Assembly: GCF_963921235.1 (NCBI RefSeq)
Contig: NC_086110.1
Coordinates: 13,082,001-13,146,000, forward strand
DNA length: 64,000 nt
From: Mobula hypostoma
Taxonomy: Eukaryota
Direction: 5' to 3'
Shown here: positions 1 to 10,000 of the stretch, in pieces
How the letters are laid out: each line of letters begins with the position of its first letter
How positions within the stretch are numbered: the first letter of the stretch is position 1
The notes under the pieces: model-generated
Told to the model about the DNA's origin: nothing
Seen by the model: the letters and a program-made list of their open reading frames with translations, nothing else
Database searches by the model: none
Program-made: the position numbers and the translations under genes

Positions 1-640
1 TTACCACAGGCTGGAGTGCTTTGCTGTCCGATACGGGGCAATTGCCATACCACACTGAGATGCAGTTGGTGAGTATGCTCTCAATGGTACAGCGGTAAAA
101 GTCAGTCAGTATCCTGGGATAGATTTAAGCTTTCTTGATGCTCTGCAGGAAATAAAGGGGTTGTTGTGCCTTTTTGATCAGGATGGAGGTGTTCAGGGAG
201 TAGGTGAGATCCTCGGAAATGTGGACACCAAGGAATTTGAAGCTTCATACACGCTCCACTGCAGCTCCGTTGATGTAGATGGGGACGGGAGTGTGTCTCC
301 TAACATTTCTGAAATCCACAATGATCTTCTTGGTCTTCTGGGCGTTAAGGACCTGGTTGTTGTCGGCACACCACGCGGCCAGGTACTGGACCTCGTCCCT
401 GTAGGCCGAATCTTCATCCCCTCTGATCAGGCCAACTACCGCTGTGTCGTCTGCGAACTTTATTATGGAGTTAGAACCATGTACAGGAACGCAGTCATAG
501 GTGAAAATGGAGTACAGAAAAGGGCTCAGCAGACAGCCGTGAGGCACGCTGGTGTTCAGGGTGAGAGGTGTAACTTAACTGATTGGGGTCTGTTAGTCAG
601 AAAGCTGCGGTACCATTTCTCGTATGGTAGCAGCTGGAAG
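1..640 (-). mobile_element. Rex1/Babar-type LINE, RT C-terminal relic
   Basis: ORF 245-547: GCLLSPFLYSIFTYDC, IIKFADDTAVVGLI, LNAQKTKKIIVDFR. Truncated by the window edge. Confidence 0.75.
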
Positions 641-1372
641 AGAATTTGCCAAAGCTCTGTACGACCCTATCTACCCGTGACGCCACTTTCAACAAATTAT
701 GCAGCTTTATTCCCAGATCCTTTTGTCCTATCACACTCCTCAGTGCCCTGCCATTCACCGTGTAAGATCTACCCTGGCTGGCTGCACCGAAATGCAAAAT
801 CTCGTACTTGCCAAATGTAAGTTACAACAGCCACTTTTAGCCTTTTTTTCCCTGCTGATCCAGATGCCTCTGCAGCCAGGAGAGCTTCCCTTGCTGTCCA
901 CTGCACCCACAATCCTGTTGTAAACCGCAAATTTGCTGATCTGGTCATCGACATCATCATCCAGATCGGTAATGTAGAAGACAGGCAGCGACGGACCCTG
1001 CGCAGACCCCTGCGGAATGCCCGATCAGAGAGGCAACCATACAAAGCTATTTCTTGGCTTCTCCCACAAAGTCTGTGTCGAACCCAATTGACTACTTCAT
1101 CTTGAATGCCAAGTGACTGAACCTTCTTGACCAACTTTCCATGTTCGCCTTGTCAAATGCCTTACTAAAGTCGATGTTGGCAACATGCGCTGATTTGTCT
1201 TCATCCACTTCCCTGGTAAGCTCCTCGGAAAACTCTATCAGATTGGTTAGATATGACGTACAATGCGAGAAGCCATGCTGACTCTCCTTAATCAGTTTAT
1301 GTCTATCCAAATACTTCTATATCAGGTCCCTTAGAACATTGTCCAACAACTTTCACCCTACCGCTGTCAAGC
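640..1372 (-). mobile_element. CR1-type LINE RT fragment (degenerate)
   Basis: SQHGF...LTNLIEF, DFSKAFDK, IQDEVVNWVRH and DLGIKLHNLLKVASRVDRVV across frameshifted ORFs. Confidence 0.75.
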
Positions 1373-1375
1373 TCA

Positions 1376-2290
1376 TTGTTGTTGTTCAGTCGTTAAGTCG
1401 AGACCGAATCTTCATGACCTCATGGACTTCTGTACACCAAGCCTTCTTGTTGGAAACAGCCTCTCTAAGATCCCCCAAGGTTATACGCATTGTCTGAGTA
1501 ATATTATCCTCTGTCATTGTAGTCTCAGTCGCCCTCTACTTCTTTTACCTTCTGTTTTACCGAACATGGCAGTCTTCTCCAAGGAGTCCTGTCTACTCAT
1601 GATTGGTCAAAACATTTGAACTTCTGTCTCATAATCAAGCCTCCTAATGAGCAGTCTGGCGGTATTTGTTCAATTATTGTCTTGCTGGATCTTCTTGCTC
1701 TCTAACGAACTCTTAACACTTTTCTCCAGCATCCAAGTTCAAAGGTGTTGATCCTTTTGTATTCAGTCCAGCTCTCACAGCCATATGTTGCAACTGGAAA
1801 TACTATAGACTTGACTATACGGAATTTCGTAGACTATGTTATATCTCTACTCTTTAGTATTTTATCTAAATTTGCCATTGCCGCCCTCCCCAGAAGTAAG
1901 CGGCGTTTAATTTTGTGGCTGCAGTTAGCATTTATGGAAATCTTTGAACGAAGGAAGACAGAATCCGTCATTGTTTCCACTTCCTTTCCATTTATTACCA
2001 TGGAGTTGATAGGAATGGACGACATAATCTTTGTTTTCTTCACATTGAGCACAAGCCAGCTTTTGCACTTTCTTACTTCACTTTGAGGAGAAATTTCCTC
2101 AGATCCTCCTTACTTTCAGCCATTGGAGGACTATCATCTGCACATCTGAGTTTCGTCCGGCAACTTTGAATCCAACATTTGAATCGCCTAGACCAGCATT
2201 CCTCATAATGTGTTCAGCGTATAGATTAAATAAATAAGGAGTGTCACATCCTGCAGCCTTATTATTGTCAATGCGTTTTTTTTGATCACC
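1376..2290 (-). mobile_element. RTE/BovB-like LINE 3' fragment with (CAA)n tail
   Basis: PYLFNLYAEHIMRNAGL, LNVKKTKIM, CSHKIKRRLLLGRAAMANLDKILKSRDIT; 3' end ...cgactgaacaacaaca on the minus strand. Confidence 0.8.
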
Positions 2291-2399
2291 CATTCGAGTT
2301 CAGTTTCCAGAATATCTGGCTCTAGATCGATGAGGGAGTCATTGCAGTTGTCTTCACCGTTGGGATCGTCCCTGTACAATTTTTGTATGTATTCCTGTC

Positions 2400-2750
2400 A
2401 TTTCTTTCTGATTGAATAGCGGAGCAGACCTGGACCTGAACCTGGACCCTAGCACCTGGGAGGCAACATAATCGGAAAATGTCGTTCTCGTTCATAGAAC
2501 CTCCTTTCTGTTCTGCTAAAGAATCTCCTATATCCACAGCTCGCCTCTTCTCTCCTCACCCCCGCAAACTTCGTTTTCTAGTCGCAGAGTGAGGCTTAGT
2601 GCCAAAGACATGACCGCCGTGACTCTTTCCTGATAGCTCATTGTCTCGAACAGTATCCAAAGTGGTATACCTGCTGTTGAGGGGGATGGCCACAGGGTAC
2701 TCTGCGCTGGCTGCTTAGATACTTCCTTTTCCTGACTGTCACCCACATAT
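2400..2750 (-). mobile_element. CR1 ORF1 (esterase) fragment
   Basis: CCLPGARV motif in ORF 2322-2537, homologous to SGARVRDISDRV at about 38800. Confidence 0.5.
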
Positions 2751-3429
2751 AAACTGCAAATACGCATTCTGCCGGAACAAAAATATTACTTTATTCGTGC
2801 TTTCAATGGGAACAACGCAATGAAGGACAGACCTTCAGCACTACACAAACATACATGATATGCAGAGCCTCAAGGCTGTGCTAGTGGGAAAAGACATGAA
2901 TGGCCAGTCCATAACTCATGTGAAATAAAGCCTGAAATAAACACTCGATGGATATCCTGGTTAGAATGCACAACTGAAAAAATGGAAGGAAACAAGAGAC
3001 ATAGCATAACAATCAAAGCGCAAGTAACGTAGATTAATAAGCAGTCTGGGTATTTAACTGAAATTCTCGTTTTTATGCAATAATATGTCATGGTCCGGTC
3101 CGTGACGTCCGCATTAAAGTTCATGGTCAAGTCCATCGATCCCTTATTCCAGTTTTTCCGGTTTTCCCTTGTCCAGCGTGTGCCTTAATTGAGGCACATG
3201 ATTCTCATCTTGGGCTGGCTACATAAACAACTCCTGGGTTCAGCTTCAGTTGCTGGTCTGTTCCCTTCCTTTCCGTTCACCTTCTGCCTGAAGCCTTGCC
3301 TGCAACCTCTGCCTGAAGCCTTGACCTGAAGACTTGCCTGCAACCTTGCCTGTATCGCTGTCAGGTTCTACCGCCGGAGCAAGACTGGAGCCTTGCTATG
3401 TCTAGATAAGAAACTGTCTATCGTTGTTT

Positions 3430-3770
3430 GGAACTGTCTCTGTGTCCACGACTTCGCTCGGTAGGTCCGGCCGTTTGCCGCTACCTTGAGTTGGGAATCG
3501 TATCTGTGTCCATGCCTTCGTTAGGTAGGTCCGGCCGTTTGCCACTACTTTGTGTTCCGTACCGTCTCTGTGTCCTCGCCTTCGCTAGGTAGGTGCGGCC
3601 TTTTGCCACTACCTTGTGCTAGGTTCCGTCTCTGCCTCCACGCCTTCGCCAGGTAGGTCCTACCATTTGCTACTACTTTGTGTTCGGTACCGTCTCTGTG
3701 TCCACGAGTTTGCTAGGCAGGTTCGGCCGTTTGCTGCTATCTTGTTTTGGGAGCTGTCTCACTGTGTTCC
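3430..3770 (+). repeat. About 5 x 64-bp tandem repeat inside the LTR
   Basis: Core gtaggtccggcc (with variants) recurs at 3461, 3525, 3589, 3653 and 3717. Confidence 0.85.
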
Positions 3771-3788
3771 GTGTACGAGTCCAGGCTA

Positions 3789-3960
3789 TACGTCCAAGCA
3801 CCTTGTCTAGTCCAATCCACGTCCGAGCACCTTGACTAGTCCAAGCAATGTCCAAGTACCTCGTCTAGTCCAGTTCACGACCAAACACATCGTCTAGTCC
3901 AAGCCACGTCCAAGCACCTTGTCTAGTCCAATCCACTTCCAAGCACCTTGTCTAGTCCAA
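3789..3960 (+). repeat. About 6 x 29-bp tandem repeat inside the LTR
   Basis: Unit cacgtccaagcaccttgtctagtccaatc repeated with substitutions. Confidence 0.85.
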
Positions 3961-6680
3961 CGACCTCGTCTATTCCAAGCCACGGCTTTGTGTTCTCGTC
4001 CTGTGCAGGTGTAGCCACACCACGTCCTGTAGCCACGTCTTGTCCTCGCCTAGATCCAGTGTCCGAGCCCGAGTCAAGACACATGTTCCGGGCTCATGTC
4101 CAGTCACTGGCTCGGAGTCTAAGTCCAGGCTCCTAGTTCCTAGTTCCATGTTCTGCTTTCCCTTTCCTAGCCAAAGTCCCAACCCAAGACTGTGTACATG
4201 TCCCAGCTCCTAGTCTAAATCCTGTCACGTCTCTAACTCTAGTTCTAGTCCTGTTTCTAGTACTTCATTGTCTGTGCCTTGCATTTGGGTCCGGGACCAG
4301 CGCCCTCCTTATGACAGAATGAGCACTATTATTTTAAAATAACACGATCTTAGCATGTTATTTAAATGTATGCACGTAAAGCTTTAGAGTAAAAGATCCT
4401 GTGTTTGCATCGAATTACTAAACAATTCCGTTGTTCCTCGGAATATTTACAAGAATCCTTGAACATGTGAAATAATAATTGAAATAAAAGGAAACTACTC
4501 GGCTAATTCGGTGGGCTAGGCAGTGCGGGTGAAGGCATGCGGGTGTTTAATGTTTTGAGCTGGAGACTCGGGATTGAGAGTGTAGAGGGAAGATGTGCAA
4601 TATATAACTTTGAAAAGGAGGTGTACGACCGGTGATAGATGGAACCAATCTCTTTGGATGGAGTGGTGGAGTGTTTGCAAGTCGAGCGAGAAAAGTTTGA
4701 TCCAATTTGCTCATTGCGGAATCCTGTAAAAACATATAATAACGGGTCGAGTCAAACATGTTTTATGAAGCTTGATTAAAGGATATATATTGGACAGTTA
4801 CTGGGAGATATCACTATCATCCAAGAAAACGATACCATGCGAGTAATGCTGCTCAGTCGGCAGTGCCAAGCGACCTTTATTTAAGATGTTTAGTGAAACG
4901 CATTTTGAGTGTAATTCATCCTCAGTGATTTGCCGAAGCATTTCTAACCGAGATTTCGTCCTCTAATCCAGAAATAAACCGAAGTGAGAAGCTAAGGTTC
5001 AAACTTACGTCTGGTATTCAGAGAATGAGATATTGTTTATCGACTAACGAATAGCATATCATTTATTGGATTGTTTGTTAGTGGAGGAGTGTTTCTAAAT
5101 AGATTATAACAACTCAAAGCGATAGAACTGGAGGGTGGGTGGCGGTGTGGCGGTGTCGTCGTAACATCGTAGCAATTAGAGATGGCGCCCTCTCCGGGCC
5201 GTGACAGAACGCACTTGATTGGGATGATTCAGAGGAATTTACAAATTTACAGATATTTAAAATCCCTGAAACCATTATCATTTATATTATTATTGTATTC
5301 ATTTTCTATCTTCATTCGATTGTACTGAAATATTTTTCTGATAAATATAGTACACAGTATTAGAGGGGGCTTTTTTTGCGCAGGGCATTCTCCAGTGCGA
5401 GCAATAAAATGATATATTTGAAACGACATTGATCTGAGCTGAAACTGGATACGTCCTGAAAAGCACTTTGGAAAACATTACCAGCGCCTCGAACTTGCTT
5501 GAGGAATTAGTCGACTCTTGTGACTGCCCTTCAGAGAAATAACAGACGGCTATTTATGTTTTTTTATGAGTAGATGAAGAAATGAATAAGAAAGATAAGA
5601 GTACAAAGATCCTGTCAACTACGAACAAGATATAACTGTGCATTTTTAATTGAAAGTAAATATCAGAGCAATATTAAAAAGTGGAGAAATCGACGAGATT
5701 GAGATGTGAAGGAAAATCTGTCCCAGCCAGCATATCCAGCAGAACAGGTCTGAGCAGCCCACTCAGTCTCCAGGCGTGTACGTTTTTATTATTTTTGCCA
5801 ATTTCTCTGCATTACCGAAACTCTTTCAGAAATTAGGCTGTTGTTTGCATTATCAGACAGAGGATTTATTTATCTGCCGTGTTCCGTGTACCTACTCCCC
5901 ACCTTCCTTAGTCCCGCACCTTATCCACCAAACACGCTGACCTGATGAGCAACAATAATATATTACTATAATAGGATGCTCACCCTGTTGTCACATGTAC
6001 ATCTACCTGAACCGGAATTAATGCGTCAATTTACTCACTATTGCCCAAATAAATGCTGGGCCTATCGCAGACTTATTTTGCTCCATCGGGCAATTGGAAA
6101 GTTATTAACCGCTGAGGGGCTCTGTCCAAAGCACCATATTCTTCGAGAGTACACATCGAAACACGTGATTCCTATAAATCTACTTTCCAACGTCTACAAT
6201 TTTCAGTCAGATGTTACGATTAGGCTAAACCTGATTTCCTTTAATGTGACCAGGTGCATATCTGCTTGTTTCAATGCGGGCTGGGACAGGTACACAGGTG
6301 GCGATGCATTTCTCTCGCCTTTTGGATGCCCTGGGATTTCTGTTACGACCATGTGGTAGTTGAGTTGCATTTTACAGTTAATGTTGAGCAACAATCCGTG
6401 AATGTATACGAAACAGAAGAATACTGATTTTTTTTTATCATTCGACATTTACTGATCAATATTCAAACACAGAGGTGTTATCGTGAGAAAATGTTGCGAT
6501 TTTTTCACATCTTCTAATCTATGTTCCCTCGGTTGAACTTTGACATAAGTGAGCAAGAATAACTGTTCAGTTGGCGGTTTTTACCCTGAAAACAAAGTTC
6601 TCTGCCTGATGGTGACAAACCTCTTTTTTTTCATCGTCTGAGGACTGTAGAGGGTGGGGCGGTACTTTGGGCAAAGTAGT

Positions 6681-6788
6681 TTTATTTCCTGGAATGATCG
6701 GGGAATGTTCAATGGAGATAATGACTGGGCAGGAGAGACAGGTGGAACTGCTTATTCCTAATCTTATTCTTAAATTTCTTACTTTTAT
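6681..6788 (-). promoter_or_regulatory. Candidate polyadenylation signals for the receptor gene
   Basis: Minus-strand AATAAA (plus-strand tttatt) at 6783-6788 and 6681-6686, about 180 and 280 nt past the stop codon. Confidence 0.4.
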
Positions 6789-6967
6789 TCTTACCAGTCA
6801 TAATCGCTTCCAACAAATCGAAGATGAAATTGATCCCTTATCTTCCTAATTTATACATGTGATAGATTAACAATCTTTGTCTGGAGGCAAGAAATGCAAC
6901 GAATAAATGCCTCGGGTCTCCACTCATTGATAGTCTATAGCTCTAAACTGCAGTTGGATTCTCAGCT

Positions 6968-7099
6968 TCACAGTTTCTTTGATGTATTTACGTCTGCGTA
7001 CAATGCATGTTTGTTTTGATGTTTGGGTGCTGGCGTGTTCTTGGAATCGGGAAGCTGCAGAGCAGCGTAAGTCAGTTTGTCAGCTCCATTTCCTGCAGT
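6968..7099 (-). CDS. Exon 7, terminal exon with ITIM LTYAAL and distal ALYADV tyrosine motif
   Basis: Acceptor tattttcgcag|ACT, phase 0; TAGNGADKLTYAALQLPDSKNTPAPKHQNKHALYADVNTSKKL*. LTYAAL fits the ITIM consensus (I/V/L/S)xYxx(L/V). Confidence 0.88.
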   Translation of the reverse strand, partial: TAGNGADKLTYAALQLPDSKNTPAPKHQNKHALYADVNTSKKL

Positions 7100-10000
7100 C
7101 TGCGAAAATATTTGAAGATCAGGGGTTAATTGAGAATCCATTGAGTTGAACAAATTTAATCAAGAATTGTAATATAAATTAGTGATGCACACATAAGTTA
7201 TCAATTTTAGATTTCTGCCGTTTTACACAAAGTTTATGTCAACATTGTTTCAAAATTTCCCTTTTTGATTTATTTGGTATTTCAACTCCAAGAGCCTGTG
7301 CTGTCGCACTGAACAATGAGCGTTTCTTTCCTTACTGAAAATGAACTTCAACAACATCGAGATCGGAGAGCAGATAACTCCTTGAAGAGCAGGTATAGTA
7401 CAAAATATTTCGCTAACTCAATATACAACAGCATTGTTGTGTTATGTTTGTCTGATTGCCGCAAACTGTTTAGTCCACAGATCGTACGGTGTTTCCTCAG
7501 TCACACCTGCCAACAGAACTCCAAATATACACAGACACTGTCATCAGTGGATACCGCACAACTGATAGATTGAACGCTGGCACTTTGTTCATTCATGCCA
7601 CATAGTTACTGTTTTGTCACAGTTCGGCATTTCCATGAATAATAACAATGTTCGGTTGGTTCAGTGTTTCTCGGTTATTATCAGATATTCGAGTTCATTG
7701 TGGAGCTGATAATGAGCATTGGAAAGTATGGCTATTCCTAGCTTCATGCTTTTTAGTGTTTCCACATTACATATGAAATTAAATTCATAAAAGCGAGGGT
7801 AAAAAAGATAATCTCAATGGATTCTGCAGATGCTGGAAATCTTGAGGAATGCAAAAGAAATGCTGATGTAATTCATTCGGTAAGGCAACATGTATGAAGG
7901 TAAATAAACTGCTGACGTTTCTGTCCGAAACGCTTTAGCAGGACACCAAAAGAAGGGGGTCGGAAGCTAGAAAAGGAAGGTGGGGAATGAATACAAGATG
8001 ACAGGTGATATGAGAAACCAGGTGGGAAAGAACTTGTGTTGATGATGGGGATGGAATGACTTAGAAGCTGGGAGGTGATGAGTGGAAAAGGAAAACGGTG
8101 CAAGAAGGAATCTGATAGAAGGAGACAGTGGACCCCGGAGGAAATGGAAGAAGGAAGGGTACCAGTGGAGGTGAAGGGCAGATGAGGAGAAGAGAAGAGG
8201 TGAAAGGGAGCCATAGTTGGGAATGGAGAAAAAAATAGAAAGGGAATGATGAAATAAGCATTAAAAATTAGAGAGATCAATGTTCATGCTTTCAGGTTGG
8301 AGTCCACCCAGATGGAAGAAAAATGTGATGATATTTCGAGTGTGTTTAGTCGTAAATGGTACAGTGACAAAGGTCAGATCAGGTCCGTAAAATTTATCTC
8401 CTTTGGAATATCGTTTATATATATGTTGGAATCGATTGTTAGGAATGAGATTACGGAGTACCTGGAGGTACATGACAAGTTAGGCCAAAGGCTGCATGGT
8501 TTTCTGAAAGGAAAATCCTGCCTGTGTAACCTACCGCATTTTTTTGAGGAAATTGCAAGCAGGGTAGACAAAGGAGATTGAGTAGATGTGGTGCACTTGG
8601 ATTTTCAGAAGGCCTTTGTCAAGGTGCTGCACATGAAGCTGCTTAGCAAGATAAGAGCCTATGGAATTACAGAGGCGTTACTAACATGAGTGAACATTGC
8701 TGATTGGAAGAAAACAGAGAGTGGAATAAAGGGATCCTATTTTGGCTGACTACCGGTTACCAGCGGAGTTGCACAGGGGTTGGTGTTGCGACCGCTCCTT
8801 TTTATGATGTATATCAATGATTTTGACTATGGGATTAATGGATTTTGGCTAAATTTGCCGATGAAACAAAGATAGGTGGAGGGGTGGATAGTGCTGAGGA
8901 AACAGAGCTGCAGAGAGACTGAGATAGTTTAGGGGAAAGGGCAAAGAAGTGGCAAATAAAATACAATGTTGGAAAGTGTATGGTCATGCACATCGGTGGA
9001 AGAAATAAACGTGCAGACGATTATTTAGATGGGAAAATAATTCAAAATGCCGAGGTGCAAAGGGAATTGCGAGTCCTTATGCAGGATATCTGAAAGGTTA
9101 ACCTCCATGTTAAGTCGGTTGTGAAGAAGGCGAATGTAATGTTGGAATTCATTTCTCGAGGTATAGAATATAAGAACAGGGTGTGATGTTGAGGCTCTAT
9201 AAGGTACTCGTGAGACCACACTTGGAGTATTGTTTGCAGTTTTGGGCTCCTTATTTTGGAAGGGATATGCTGACATCGGAGAGGGTTTAGAGAAGATTCA
9301 TGAGAATGATTCAAGGAACGAAAGGGTTACCGTATGAGGAACACCTGGCAGCTCTTGGGATGTATTCCTTGGAGTTCAGGAGAATTGGGGGCGGGGGTGG
9401 GGATCACATAGAAACATTCCGAATATTAAAAGGCTTGAACAGATTAGATGTGGAAAATTTATTTCCATGCTAGGGGAGTCTAGGACAAGAGGGCACGACT
9501 TCAGGATTGAAGGACGTCCATTTGGAAAGAGATGCGGAGAAATTACTTTACTCAGAGGGTAGTAAATATGTGGAATTTGTTGCAATGGGCGACTGTGGAG
9601 GCCAAGTCATTAGGTGCATTTAAGGCAGGGATAGAGGGATAGATACATTTTTGATTAGTCAGGGCATCAAAGGGTATGGGGAGAAGGCAGCGGAGTGGGG
9701 ATGACTGGAAGAATTGGATCAGCCCATGATTGAATGACGGAGCAGACACGATGTGCCGAATGGCCTACTTCTGCTCCTATATTTTATGGTATTGTATATC
9801 TGTTGTGCGTGGTTCGGTAGAGTAGCGGCTAGGTTAACACTATTACAGCAGCGGTGATCCAGGTTTAATTCCCGTAACCGACGAAATGGTGTGTTTATAT
9901 GTTTTCCCATGACCGTATGACTTTTTCTGGGCGCTCAGGTTACCTCCCACGTTCCAAAAACGTACTGGTGAGTCGGCTAATTAGTCACATGGCTGTAATT

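Larger units (their letters stand above)
3086..4316 (+). mobile_element. Solo-LTR-like element (TGTCA...TGACA) with internal tandem arrays
   Basis: Termini TGTCATGGTCC and TTATGACA. The 5' end matches the element at 52311-53509 in opposite orientation. Contains 64-bp and 29-bp tandem units. No clear TSD. Confidence 0.65.

Noticed and set aside
161-820. Long plus-strand ORFs opposite LINE RTs (e.g. 161-820, 37263-38039, 39494-40054)
   Set aside because: Antisense shadow frames of retroelement coding sequence.
3430-3960. Regularly spaced repeats superficially like a CRISPR array
   Set aside because: Eukaryotic context, units are contiguous tandem copies without unique spacers, and they lie inside an LTR.
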